From a virus (Duplodnaviria; Caudoviricetes): a DNA stretch of 41,273 nucleotides. The notes beneath the pieces were generated by a model. It was given only the letters and a program-made list of their open reading frames with translations, was not told the DNA's origin and ran no database searches. How positions within the stretch are numbered: position 1 is the stretch's first letter; every line of letters starts with the position of its first letter. The translations under genes and the position numbers were made by a program. Positions 1 to 10,100 of the stretch are shown one piece after another. Where the stretch lies: positions 1 to 41,273 of IMG/VR virus record IMGVR_UViG_3300049138_000106. One strand, 5' to 3'.

Positions 1-1
1 C

Positions 2-415
2 ATCGGGGCGGACTCGATCGCAGCCCTGGACGCCGGGCACATCGCGGCCGTGAAGCAGAACATGGCCGCCTGGGGCGAGGGGCTCGAGGAGGTCCTGCAG
101 CTGATGGCCGGTGTCGCGGGCCTGGAGCGGGACCTGTCGCAGTCGGAGATCGTCTGGGCCCGGCCGGAGAACTTCCAGCCGGCCGTGGTCGCCGACTTCG
201 CGTCCAAGCTCAAGGCCGCGGGCTTCCCGCTGCCGATGCTGGCCGAGGAGATCGGCTGGACGCCGCAGCGGGTGTCCCAGTTGCGCGCCGAGCAGGCCTC
301 GGAGGCGTTCCTGACGGCCGCGCGGGCGCCCCAGCAGGCCCCTGGACAGCCCGCGGCGCGTCCGGCAGGTCAGCAGCCCGCCCCGGCCGCTCAGCGGCCC
401 CCTGAAACGCCGTGA
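2..415 (+). CDS. Phage portal protein, C-terminal part (truncated by window start)
   Basis: Frame is open from base 2 (IGADSIAALDAGHIAAVKQNMAAWGEGLEEVLQL...EIVWARPE) and resembles the C-terminus of SPP1 gp6-like actinophage portals. It lies upstream of the head genes and has a GTGA overlap with the next gene. Confidence 0.8.
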   Translation: MGADSIAALDAGHIAAVKQNMAAWGEGLEEVLQLMAGVAGLERDLSQSEIVWARPENFQPAVVADFASKLKAAGFPLPMLAEEIGWTPQRVSQLRAEQASEAFLTAARAPQQAPGQPAARPAGQQPAPAAQRPPETP

Positions 416-1527
416 GCCTGCCGGAACAGCGCGCTTTCATCGACGAGTTCATCCTGCAGCTCGCCCGGATCCGGGGTGGGCTCGTGCAGACGCTCATCGA
501 GCTGTTCCTGGAGGCGCACTCCTGGCGGGACGCGGACGCGGACCGGTTCGTCGCCCGCGCCGTGCCGCTCGTCGAGGGCGCACAGCGGGCCGCGGCCACG
601 CTCACCGACGACTTCGTCGGCCGGGTGCTCGCGGACCAGCGCGGTGAGCCGTTCCGGCCTCGGGGCGTGGACTACCGCCGGGTGACCGGTTCGGCCGTGC
701 GCAACGGGGTGCGGCCGGAGGTCGTGTACCGCCGCCCCTTCGAGGAGGTGTGGCGCTCCCTCGCGCAGACCGAGGAGCGGATCGAGGAGCGCCGCTCCAG
801 CCTCGGCGAGGCCCTGGACAGGGCCGAGGCGCTCGGCCGGACATCTCGGCGGGGCGTGCAGATCGACATCCCCGACGCGCCGGCCGTGGAGCGTCCCCGG
901 CGGGGCGTGCAGATCGAGCTCGGCATCCCCGGGCCCACGGAGCGCGAGCGCAAGCCGCTGACCGCCGCAGTGGGCGATGGCGAGCGGCGGGTCCGGTCGC
1001 TGGCCCTGACCGACGTGGAGCTCGCGACCACGCACACGGCCCGGGAGCGGCTGGCCGACGAGCCCGAGGTCCGGTTCTACCGGCGCGTGCTCACCGGGGC
1101 CGAGTCCTGCGGGCTGTGCATCGTGGCCTCGACCCAGCGCTACCGCAAGCGGGACCTGCTGCCGATCCACCCGAACTGCGACTGCGTGGTGGCCCCGATT
1201 TTGGGCGACCAGGATCCCGGCCGGGTAATCAACTCCAGTCGGGTCACGGACGAGGCGTCGCCGGTCGGCGAGACCCGCTCCGGAGTGCCGGTCTACAGCG
1301 CCGAGGACCTGCTCGACGCCAACGCCATGACCGACGACGTGCACAACGCGATCCGCGAGACCTTCGGCGAGATGGCGTTCGACGCCCGGCAGATCGACTA
1401 CCGGAAGATCCTGCTCGTGAAGCAGCACGGCGAGCTCGGGCCGGTGCTCACGGTGAAGCGGCACAAGTTCACGAAGCTCCAGATTGACCAGCGCGACCTG
1501 GCCGCGACCGACGTCCGACGTCGCTAG
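412..1527 (+). CDS. MuF-like minor head protein (often annotated capsid maturation protease in actinophages)
   Basis: Follows the portal. Carries the Cys/His motif RRVLTGAESCGLC...IHPNCDC typical of this family. Confidence 0.75.
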   Translation: MSLPEQRAFIDEFILQLARIRGGLVQTLIELFLEAHSWRDADADRFVARAVPLVEGAQRAAATLTDDFVGRVLADQRGEPFRPRGVDYRRVTGSAVRNGVRPEVVYRRPFEEVWRSLAQTEERIEERRSSLGEALDRAEALGRTSRRGVQIDIPDAPAVERPRRGVQIELGIPGPTERERKPLTAAVGDGERRVRSLALTDVELATTHTARERLADEPEVRFYRRVLTGAESCGLCIVASTQRYRKRDLLPIHPNCDCVVAPILGDQDPGRVINSSRVTDEASPVGETRSGVPVYSAEDLLDANAMTDDVHNAIRETFGEMAFDARQIDYRKILLVKQHGELGPVLTVKRHKFTKLQIDQRDLAATDVRRR

Positions 1528-1937
1528 CACCACCACTTGCGATGACAGATCCGGGGCTTGTCCCAGTCGTCGTCATCGTCGTCGGGGAGCGGGACGTAGA
1601 CCGGCTCCGGCTCACTGGTGGGCGTGGGCGTGGGTACGAGCACGGTCGTCGTCGGCGGAGGGGTGTAGCGCCGGGCCAGCTCGGTGACCCGGCTCCGCTC
1701 GGGCTGGACGCGCTCGATCTCATCGGTGCGCGTCGGCGTCACGGTGGCCATCGAGAAGATCATCAGCGCGATCAGCCACACGAACCCGTGCACCGAGCCG
1801 CGCAGGAACCCGCCCATCGGCAGGAGCCCGTTCTCGTGCCGCTTCCGGTCGAGCCACCGGACCAGCAGCCGGCCCGGGAGCGCCACCAGTACGTACAGCA
1901 GGCGCAGCAGGTTCGTCACGTTCTCACCGTCGCGCAC
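1524..1937 (-). CDS. Antisense membrane protein with Pro/Thr-rich tail ending CHRKWWC (moron-like)
   Basis: Only the 3' part of ORF 1524..2549 is plausible, since the rest is the shadow of the scaffold gene. Hydrophobic segments, PT linker, acidic run. Start is GTG 1937 or GTG 1919. Confidence 0.6.
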   Translation of the reverse strand: MRDGENVTNLLRLLYVLVALPGRLLVRWLDRKRHENGLLPMGGFLRGSVHGFVWLIALMIFSMATVTPTRTDEIERVQPERSRVTELARRYTPPPTTTVLVPTPTPTSEPEPVYVPLPDDDDDDWDKPRICHRKWWC

Positions 1938-2005
1938 TTGTACAGCGTGCGTTACAGCCGAGCATGATCCAGGACTCCTGGCAGCCCGACGGTCCGTCAA
2001 GTCTT

Positions 2006-2069
2006 CCGCCTGATCCAGGCGGTTGCCCCGCGCCGACATGGCAGATGCGGGGCCCATCCCGACACGGGA
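2006..2069 (+). promoter_or_regulatory. Three tandem hairpins in the scaffold gene leader; the last sequesters the RBS
   Basis: CCGCCTG-atc-CAGGCGG (2006-2022); GCCCCGC-GCC-gacat-GGC-agat-GCGGGGC (2025-2053); TCCC-gacac-GGGA (2057-2069), which overlaps GGGAG. Confidence 0.45.
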
Positions 2070-2076
2070 GCACGAC

Positions 2077-2634
2077 ATGTCCGACGAGAACGCGACCGAG
2101 GCCCCGGCCGAGGTCGAAGACCTGGGCCTGACCGACGCCGAGGCCGAGCAGCTCCTGGCCGACGCGGCTCGCCGAGGTGATACCGAGTCCGCCGACACGG
2201 CGGCCGACGACACCGACTGGCAGGCCGAGGCGAGGAAGTGGCGCACGCTCGCGCGCAAGCACGAGGCGCAGGCCAAGGCGAACACGAAGCAGGCCAAGAC
2301 GATCGAGCAGCAGGTCGCAGACCTGCAGGCCCAGCTCTCCGAGCGCGACAAGCGCGAGCAGGAGCGCAGCGGTCGCCTGGCCATGGCCCAGCTCGACGCC
2401 CAGCTCGCGAAGGCCGGGATCGACCGAGCCGACGTGGAAGGCCTGCTCAAGCGGATCAAGGGTGCCGACCTGCTCAAGGACGGCGAACCCGACGACTCCG
2501 CGATCGGCGAGCTGGCCCAGTCCCTGACCAAGATCGCTGGCCGCGCCACCCCCGACCCCGATCAGGGGGCGAAGGGCGGCAAGGCCCCGCTCGACATGAA
2601 CGCGCTCATCCGGCGAGCAGCGGGGGTGGGCTGA
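2077..2634 (+). CDS. Capsid scaffolding protein
   Basis: GGGAG RBS then ATG 2077. Acidic N-terminus, DWQAEARKW motif, coiled coil, C-terminal PDPDQG...DMNALIR. Lies upstream of the major capsid gene. Confidence 0.85.
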   Translation: MSDENATEAPAEVEDLGLTDAEAEQLLADAARRGDTESADTAADDTDWQAEARKWRTLARKHEAQAKANTKQAKTIEQQVADLQAQLSERDKREQERSGRLAMAQLDAQLAKAGIDRADVEGLLKRIKGADLLKDGEPDDSAIGELAQSLTKIAGRATPDPDQGAKGGKAPLDMNALIRRAAGVG

Positions 2635-2635
2635 C

Positions 2636-2887
2636 ATGGCCTGTCTCGGCGAGTACGAGATCGTGACCGAAACGCGCTCGCTCGACTTCAGTTCCGGCGA
2701 CGTGGTCACGACCCTGAGCGCCCCCACCGGCAAGCGCGTGCTCTACGGGTGGGTGCCTGACGACGACGTTGCTTACCTGCGTGGTCGTCCCGTTCAGGGT
2801 GGAGCGGCGTGGGAGTTCACGCTGCGCCGGTCCGGCGGAGGTTCCGCCTCCGTCGACCTAGCCATTTCCAGCGCCCTTCTCGACTAA
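2636..2887 (+). CDS. Small hypothetical protein between scaffold and major capsid genes
   Basis: 83-aa ORF filling the gap exactly; beta-rich appearance. Confidence 0.55.
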   Translation: MACLGEYEIVTETRSLDFSSGDVVTTLSAPTGKRVLYGWVPDDDVAYLRGRPVQGGAAWEFTLRRSGGGSASVDLAISSALLD

Positions 2888-2938
2888 CCAACAGCGGCAC
2901 GGAATGTCCGCTGTGAACAAGAAAACGGAGGAGATTCC

Positions 2939-3898
2939 GTGCCCTACGACAGCATTACGGCGCGTACCGACGCCGAGGCCCTCATCCCCGAGGAGGTCTC
3001 TCGGCAGATGCTCGGGAAGGCCACCGAGGACTCGGCCGTCCTGCAGCTGTTCCGGCGCATCCCGGTGTCGCGGAACCAGATCCGGTTCCCGATCCTGTCG
3101 GCGCTCCCGATCGCCTACTGGGTGACCGGTGACACGGGTGTCAAGCAGACCACCGAGATGGCCTGGGACAACAAGTTCCTGCAGATCGAGGAACTTGCGA
3201 CGATCATGCCCGTCCCGGAGAACGTGGCGGCTGACGTCGAGATCAACATCTGGGACAACGCCGAGCCGTACATCGTCGAGGCGTTCTACCGGGCGCTCGA
3301 CTCGGCCGTCTTCTTCGGGGTCAACGCTCCGGCCTCGTTCCCGACCAACGTGTCCGCTGCCGCGATCGCGGCCGGCAACTCGGTCACTGAGGGCACGGCG
3401 GCCGCGACCGCGGGCGGCTACTTCGGCGACATCGACAACCTGATCAGCGCGGTCGAAGAGGACGGGTTCGATGTCTCCGGCTTCGTCGCCTCCCGGGCGA
3501 TCCGGCGCCGTCTCCGGGCGGCCCGCAACGCTGACGGCGAGCGACTCGACCAGGGTCGCCTGACCGGCGATCTGAACACGCTCGACGGTGCACCGATCAC
3601 GTACCCGATGCGTGGTCTGTGGACCACTGGCGGCGCCGCCGGCACGAACGTCCGGATGCTCGCCGGCGACTGGGCGTCGCAGTTCGTCGTCGCCGTGCGC
3701 GAGGACATCTCGTTCAAGCTGCTCACCGAGGCCGTGATCCAGAACCCGGCCACCGGCGACATCGTCTACAACCTCGCGCAGCAGGACATGGTCGCGATGC
3801 GGGTCAAGTTCCGCGTCGGCTGGCAGGTCGCCAACACCCTGAACAACGACAACACCAACGCGGCCACGCGCTACCCGGCCGCTGCCCTGGTGTTCTGA
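2939..3898 (+). CDS. Major capsid protein (HK97 fold)
   Basis: GGAGGAGA RBS. Motifs ALIPEEVS, AYWVTG, LDSAVFFG, YNLAQQDMVAMRV typical of phage major capsid proteins. Confidence 0.93.
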   Translation: MPYDSITARTDAEALIPEEVSRQMLGKATEDSAVLQLFRRIPVSRNQIRFPILSALPIAYWVTGDTGVKQTTEMAWDNKFLQIEELATIMPVPENVAADVEINIWDNAEPYIVEAFYRALDSAVFFGVNAPASFPTNVSAAAIAAGNSVTEGTAAATAGGYFGDIDNLISAVEEDGFDVSGFVASRAIRRRLRAARNADGERLDQGRLTGDLNTLDGAPITYPMRGLWTTGGAAGTNVRMLAGDWASQFVVAVREDISFKLLTEAVIQNPATGDIVYNLAQQDMVAMRVKFRVGWQVANTLNNDNTNAATRYPAAALVF

Positions 3899-3913
3899 TC
3901 GGAGGACTGAGAC

Positions 3914-4144
3914 ATGGCTGACGAGAAGAAGCGGGGCGAGGTCGTCGACCCGGCCGATGCGGTCGAGCACGGCTACTGGGGTTACAACCCGGTCGAGAAG
4001 GACCGGTCCCAGTACAGCTTCAAGGGGGCCGGCGCCGTCGCTGAAGAGGCCGCCAAGGGAGGTGCTCGCGCGGAGGGGCCTGCCACGGTCGACAAGAGCT
4101 CGGCCGAGCGCCAGACCGTGAAGCGGCCCAGCTCCAACAAGTAG
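3914..4144 (+). CDS. Small hypothetical virion-region protein
   Basis: GGAGGA RBS; 76 aa directly after the major capsid gene. Confidence 0.75.
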   Translation: MADEKKRGEVVDPADAVEHGYWGYNPVEKDRSQYSFKGAGAVAEEAAKGGARAEGPATVDKSSAERQTVKRPSSNK

Positions 4145-4191
4145 TTCCCGGCCGGTTCCACTCCAGCTCGCAGGCAACGGAGGTCACGTCC

Positions 4192-4617
4192 ATGGGCGTC
4201 TACGCCGACGTTGCCGATATCGAGCTGGAGTGGAACCAGCAGGTGCCGCCCGAGAACGAGGCGCACGTCAACTGGGTCATCGACAAGGCCGAGGCCGTGC
4301 TCGTCACGATCCCCGGTCTGGCCGCGCGCATCACCGCCGGCACGGTGACGGCCCAGCAGCTCAAGTTCGTGGTCGCGGCCATGGTCGTTCGTGTGCTGCG
4401 CAACCCCGAGGGGAAGCGGTCGGAGACCGCGGGTGACTACTCCTACGAGCTGGCGACCGGATCGTCCGGCGAGTCGGGGATGTTCCTGACGGCGGCCGAG
4501 CGGCGCCTGCTCGGGGTCGGTGGCCGGGCGGGCTCGATCCCGCTCGTGGACGACGCGCTCGAGTACCCCATCAAGAGCCACCGGTGGTGGGAACCGGGCG
4601 AGGTGTGGCTGCCGTGA
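4192..4617 (+). CDS. Head-to-tail adaptor
   Basis: YADVADIE...MVVRVLRNPEGKRSETAGDYSY motif of actinophage adaptors; GGAGG RBS. Confidence 0.85.
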   Translation: MGVYADVADIELEWNQQVPPENEAHVNWVIDKAEAVLVTIPGLAARITAGTVTAQQLKFVVAAMVVRVLRNPEGKRSETAGDYSYELATGSSGESGMFLTAAERRLLGVGGRAGSIPLVDDALEYPIKSHRWWEPGEVWLP

Positions 4618-4955
4618 GCCTGCTCGACGCCGCCCCGGAGACGGTCACGGTCTACCCCCAGGAGACCTACACCGACTCCCGGGGCGACGAGCGGGTCCGG
4701 CCGGCGAGTGTGGGCGTGACCGTGAAGGCGTGGATGCAGCCAATGTCGCAGCTGCGCCTGTTCCCGTCCGTGGACTCCACTCAGCAGCAGCGCGTGTACT
4801 CCACCTGGCGATTCATCGCCCGCAACGCGCCGCTCGGGGTGTGGTCCCGGGTGGAGTGGCACGGCAGGTCGCTGTCGGTGCGCTCGGGCCCCGAGCCGCG
4901 CAGCTACTCCGGCGCGACGAGCCACATCACCGCCCTACTGCAGGAGGAGCGCTGA
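4614..4955 (+). CDS. Head-to-tail stopper / head closure protein
   Basis: GTGA-coupled start (VSLLD...). APLGVWSRVEWHGR...P..YS...TSH pattern; synteny. Confidence 0.8.
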   Translation: MSLLDAAPETVTVYPQETYTDSRGDERVRPASVGVTVKAWMQPMSQLRLFPSVDSTQQQRVYSTWRFIARNAPLGVWSRVEWHGRSLSVRSGPEPRSYSGATSHITALLQEER

Positions 4956-4956
4956 C

Positions 4957-5253
4957 GTGGCCGAGATCTACGGCTTTGCCACCGACGAGTACTTCGCGAA
5001 GTTGCCCGGCGTGGTCGACGCCGTGCACGACACGGCGCAGCGCGGAGGGGCCCGCGCCTCGGCGTTGCTCGCGCAACACCACGCCCAGGGCCATGCTCGG
5101 ATCCTGGTCGAGCGCGGCAACATCCCCGACTCGTTCGTGGTGCTCAGTGACGAACGAGGCCAGCGGGCCGCGGCCGCGATCGAGTTCGGCCGTTCCGGGG
5201 GCCCCACCGGGGCCATGCAGGGCATCTTCGTGCTCCGGCGAGCGTTCGGCTGA
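4957..5253 (+). CDS. Neck-region protein (tentatively DUF5403-like)
   Basis: AAAIEFGR...AMQGIFVLRRA motif; position between stopper and terminator. Confidence 0.7.
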   Translation: MAEIYGFATDEYFAKLPGVVDAVHDTAQRGGARASALLAQHHAQGHARILVERGNIPDSFVVLSDERGQRAAAAIEFGRSGGPTGAMQGIFVLRRAFG

Positions 5254-5672
5254 TGGCCAGGTGGGCAGGCGAGGCCGAGCAGGTCCCCGTCCTACTGCTC
5301 CGCGCCGCTCTGCCCGACGTGACCATCCGCTCGGCCATCCCGGACGACCTGCTCCGGTTCCTTCCGTTGATCGTGGTCCGCCGGGTCACCGGCGCGTCCC
5401 CCGCCCCGAGGTTCTGGGACGGCCCGCAGATCAACGTGCAGTGCTGGTCGGATGCGACCGATGACCTCGATCCGGTGTCGGCGGCCTCCGACCTGGCCGA
5501 CCAGGTGCGGCGAGTGCTCTGGGAGGCCTGGGACAACCAGACCGTGACCCCGGCCGGGCACATCGTGCAGCTGCGCGAGTCGCAGGGGCCGATGGAAGTG
5601 CCCGACGTCGACCTTCCCCGCCTTGGTCGCTACGTGGCGACCTATGCGCTGCGCGTCCGCCGCGCTGCGTGA
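5253..5672 (+). CDS. Tail terminator protein
   Basis: TGATG coupling; LPLIVVRRVTG...INVQCW...RYVATY pattern; precedes the major tail gene. Confidence 0.8.
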   Translation: MARWAGEAEQVPVLLLRAALPDVTIRSAIPDDLLRFLPLIVVRRVTGASPAPRFWDGPQINVQCWSDATDDLDPVSAASDLADQVRRVLWEAWDNQTVTPAGHIVQLRESQGPMEVPDVDLPRLGRYVATYALRVRRAA

Positions 5673-5731
5673 TCCCCGCACGGCCTGCCACGGGCCGCCC
5701 GCGGTCGCTCCCCACTCCCTAGGAGGTACCC

Positions 5732-6277
5732 GTGGCACTGCTCGACTCTGCCGTCCTGATCCCGGGGACGGGCTACATGTACACCGCCCCCGCCGAGACC
5801 GCGATCCCGGCCGACCTGGACAGTCCCGCCACGCCGTGGGCGAACCTGGGCCACACCAGCCGCGAGGACGGCCTCACGATCACCCGCGACGGCGGTGACA
5901 GTGAGGTCATCGGCACCTGGCAGAACCCGAGCTTGCGCGAGCGGCGCGAGCCCACGACCTTCGCCATCACCGCATTCCTGCACCAGGTGGACAACGAGGT
6001 GTTGTCCATGTACTTCGGCCCGGGGGACGTGGACACCGCCGACCAGTTCGGCGTCACCTCGGCCACGGCCACGATCGAGCGCGCGCTCTACGTCAGGATC
6101 GTTGACGGCACCAACGAGGTGGGCCTCTACGTGCCCCGCACGTCGATCTCTTCGGAGGACGACGTCGAGATCGACGTCGAGGGCTTCCTGGCCTTCCCAG
6201 TCCGGTTCACCGTGCTCCAGGTGACCGGCTCGAACCTGATGACCTTCATCGGCCCCGAGCTCGGCCTGGCCCCGTGA
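5732..6277 (+). CDS. Major tail (tube) protein
   Basis: AGGAGG RBS. ALLDSAVLIPGTGY, WANLGHTS, GTWQN motifs of actinophage tail tube proteins. Confidence 0.9.
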   Translation: MALLDSAVLIPGTGYMYTAPAETAIPADLDSPATPWANLGHTSREDGLTITRDGGDSEVIGTWQNPSLRERREPTTFAITAFLHQVDNEVLSMYFGPGDVDTADQFGVTSATATIERALYVRIVDGTNEVGLYVPRTSISSEDDVEIDVEGFLAFPVRFTVLQVTGSNLMTFIGPELGLAP

Positions 6278-6279
6278 TC

Positions 6280-6330
6280 GATCGGCGGGCGGCCCACCCC
6301 CCGAACCGGGCCGCCCGTCGATCTCTTCGT
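6280..6330 (+). terminator. Hairpin after major tail gene (terminator/attenuator-like)
   Basis: GATCGGCGGGCGGCCC (6280-6295) pairs with GGGCCGCCCGTCGATC (6308-6323); pyrimidine-rich tail follows. Confidence 0.6.
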
Positions 6331-6361
6331 CTTCTGAGGTTCGGGAGAGGTTCGGGAGAAC

Positions 6362-6826
6362 ATGACCACGAGCAAGTCCACCCCCCGCCGGGCGCCGCGC
6401 AGCACGGGTAAGGCCGAGGGCGAGAAGACCTCGATCACCGACCAGATGGGCGAGGACGCCCAGGCGGCCACGGTCGAGTACCCGGACGGGGCGCCCGAGT
6501 TCATCGTGCCCCTGGCGATCCGGCCGCGTTCGCGCCGGGCCGAGTTCAAGCGTCGCTATGCGGCCGTGCTCGAGCGCTACGAGCGGGCGAACAAGCTGCG
6601 CAACGCGCTCGACGAGGAGAACCCTCCGCCGTCCGAGCAGATGAAGATCATGGCCGAGCTGGACGAGGTCTATCAGGCCGTGATCGAGGCGCTGGAGATC
6701 GTGGCCGTGGATCCCGAGCAGTACAAGATGTGGGCGGACGAGGTCGAGGACGCCGATCTGATGCAGACCTTCACCGCGTACAACGTTCGGACCCAGCCGG
6801 GGGAAGCTTCCAGCTCGACGAGCTGA
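6362..6826 (+). CDS. Tail assembly chaperone (G-like)
   Basis: Lies between the major tail and tape measure genes; ends QPGEASSSTS with a slippery site. Confidence 0.88.
   Translation: MTTSKSTPRRAPRSTGKAEGEKTSITDQMGEDAQAATVEYPDGAPEFIVPLAIRPRSRRAEFKRRYAAVLERYERANKLRNALDEENPPPSEQMKIMAELDEVYQAVIEALEIVAVDPEQYKMWADEVEDADLMQTFTAYNVRTQPGEASSSTS
6799..6805 (+). other. Programmed -1 frameshift site G GGG GAA
   Basis: In-frame CCG GGG GAA. The -1 frame is ORF 6730..7173 (GSFQLDELIEEHGEALLFDL...). Confidence 0.85.
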
Positions 6827-7173
6827 TCGAGGAGCACGGCGAGGCGCTGCTGTTCGACCTGCAGGGGATCGGCGTCGATCTGTACGACGTGTTCCTCGGT
6901 CGGGTCACACCTCGCCGTGTCCTCTGGCTCGTCGGGCAGCTTCCCCCGGGCTCGGCCTTCAGCGCGTCCGTGCGCGGTGGCCAGGAGTTCCGGCCGTGGA
7001 CGCCGGAGACGTACCTACTCGCCGCTGGCGTGAACCTGCTGGCGGCAGCCAACCGGCAGCGGGCCGGCAAGCGCGGCAACAAGCCCGTGGTCACGCCTCC
7101 ACAGGCGCAGCGGAAGCCGCGCGTCCTCACGGTCGCCGAGCTCGCGCGGCGCCAGCAACGCGCCGACACCTAA
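6803..7173 (+). CDS. Tail assembly chaperone frameshift extension (GT-like)
   Basis: -1 frame continuation with LPPGSAF...WTPETYLLA pattern; ends just before the tape measure gene. Confidence 0.82.
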
Positions 7174-7189
7174 CTCAACACCCCGGGAG

Positions 7190-10100
7190 GTGAGCGTGAC
7201 CGGTCCCGGTGGCGATGAGGTCGGTCGCGTAAGTGTCCGGGTGGTCCCGAACACCTCCGGGTTCCGGCGAGAGCTGCAGCGCGAGCTCGAGGCGATCGAG
7301 CGCAGTCTGAAGCTCGAGATCCCGGTCGGGTTCGACGTCGACACGGCCGGGCTGCGCGCCCAGCTGGCAGCACTCGACAACGCTCGAGTCACCATCCCGG
7401 TCGAGGTCGGGGACGGGTCCGAGATCGAGCGCTTGCGTGCTCGACTGCAGGCCCTGGACAACGCGCAGATCACCATCCCGGTCGATCTCGACCTGAGGAA
7501 CCTCGAGCGCGCGGACGCCGTGCTGCGACGGCTCGACGGGCGTTCGGTCCGGATGAACGTCCGGCTCAACGGCGTGCGTCAGGCGATCCGGGACCTCACC
7601 GCCCTGGACGCGATCGTGCGGCGCCTCGACGGGCGCAACATCTCGATCAACATCGACGTGGACGCGGCCGCGGCCGTCGCGCAGATCGCGGCGATCGAGG
7701 CCGCCCTGGTCGGCGTGCGGGCGTCCCTGGGGTCCGTTGGCACCAGCGGTGGAAGGGCTTTCGGCCCCGGTTCGCCACTTCTCAGCGGGGCCACTCAGCT
7801 CGTGGGCCTACTGCTCCAGGTCGGCGCTCTCTCTCTCGGGCTCGCGGTCGCGGGCGCAGCCGTTACCGCGGCCTGGGGGGCGGTCTCGACCGCCGTCCTA
7901 GCCATCCCGGCCGCGCTAGGCCTGGTTGCGGGGCCGATCGCGGCTATCGCGGCCGGCATGGAGGGCATCGAGCGGGCCGCGAAGACGATCAAGCCCCAGT
8001 TTGACGCGCTGCGTGCCTCGGTGGCGGCGACGTTCGAACGCGGCATGATCCCCGTCTTCCGGACGTTGGCGACCACGTTCCCCACCCTGACGGCCGGGCT
8101 GAACGGGATCGCCCAGGCGATGTCCACGGTGGCGTTGCGGACCGCGGAGTGGATCGCCTCGGCGCCCGGCCTGGCTCTGCTGCGGCAGAACATGGAGAAC
8201 ATCCGGGTTGCCGTGCTCGGCATGCAGCCCGGCCTGCAGAACATCCTGTCCTCGATCCTGCAGCTCGGAGCGCAGTCCAGTGTGATGGATGCGCTGCGCG
8301 TGGCAGTTAACGAGTTCGGGGCCTCGTTCCGGGCGAACGTCACTCAGCTCATCGGTGACGGCACGCTCGACCGGGCGATGCGCGGCCTGCGTGACATGCT
8401 CGTTGAGCTCGGCCAGGGCTTCTCCGACCTGGTGAGCAATGGCCTTGAGGTCTTCGCCGCCGCCGCGCCCGGGGTGAACAAGTTCCTCGACTCGCTGTCA
8501 ACCTTTTTCAACCGATTCAACTGGGACAGCCTGGGGCGCTCGGTCGGCAACGTCTTCCGTGGCCTGGGTGAGACTCTCGACGGTGTCGACACCGGCACGA
8601 TTCGTAAGATCGAGGACGCCTTTAGTCGATTAGGCGACCTGTTCCGGGACCAGAAGTTCCAGGACGATCTACGGAAGATGGTCGATGGCCTGCCGGCTGC
8701 TATCGATCAGATCCGTGCCTTCGCCAAGGACTTTGCCGCCCTCGGCGCCGACATCTCGGCGGCCATGCAGGGGTTCAATACCGTTGACCAAAAGTTCCGC
8801 GAGTTCACCGACGGCTTCACTAAGTCGGCGGAGGATCTGGGCAAGGCCCTCGGCCTGCACGGCGAAGAGGGGACCATTGGCGACTGGCTGAGGAAGCTGG
8901 ACGACAGTATCGATGAGGCCCTCGGCATCATCGAGGACGACGGCTACGACATGGGCAAGGCGTTGCGCGAGGGCTTCGAGCGCGGCATGAACGGGATCGA
9001 GCCCCAGTTCGGGTCGGTCGACGGCGAAGGCTGGCTGCCCGACATCGGCGAGCTCCTCAAGGACTGGTTCAGCCCCGAGGACACGGATCTTGACGAGAAG
9101 TTCACGGACCTGGAGACCGAGATCCGGGACGGCATGGACCCGCTGGACGACATCGCCCGGCTGGCCATGGAGCAGGTCAAGCTCGTGGTGCAGACCGGTT
9201 TCGCCCAGCTCCTGCCGATCGCGACCCTTGCCCTGGTCGCCCTGCAGACCGCGTTCACCAACGGCTTCCTGGCCATCGGCGCTGGCGCCTCGCTGGCGAT
9301 GAACACCCTGGTCAACACACTGACCCTGGGCTTCGTCCTCATGCAGACGGCCGTGGCCAACGGCATGCTCCTGCTGCAGACCGCCTTCACTACGGGCTGG
9401 ACCCTGGTCCAGCTGGCGGTGGACACGGGTCTACTGGCGATGCGCACGGCCTTTTCCGAGGCGTTCCTGCAGATGCAGACGGACGCGACCAACGGGATGC
9501 TGCTGTTCGCGGCCGCCATTCTCGCGGGGTTCGCCGTGGTTGTCCCTGCGGTGACCCTGGGGATGACACAGATCGTCCTTGCGGTACAGCTGGGATTCCA
9601 GCAGATCGTGTCCGCGGTGCAGACCGGGATGCAGCAGGTCACCGAGGCCCTGCAGCTGAACTGGGGCCTCGGGGTTTCTGCGACCCAGGCCGCGATGGCC
9701 CAGATGACCGCTGCCGTGCAGGCCGGAATGTCGCAAATGGTGTCTGCAGTGCAGACCGGGGCGCAGCAAATGGTCTCCGAAATGCAGGCCGCCATGGAGC
9801 AGCTGCGTTCTGCGGTGCAGGTCGGGATGTCCGACGCCGAGGCCGAGGTGCGGGCCGGTATTCAGGAGATGAACGCCACTCTCAAAACGGCGCCGCCCTT
9901 GTTCTACGCAGCGGGCCGGGACATGGGACAGGGCTTGGTCGATGGCCTCAACTCCATGCTCGGTGCAGTGCGCGCGGCTGCGGCCGCGCTCGGTGCCGCA
10001 GCGGCGTCGGCCATGCGCGCGGCCGCTCAGGTCCGCTCGCCGAGCAAGCTCACGACCTACTACGGCGAGATGATGGGTGCCGGCCTGGCACTGGGCATGC

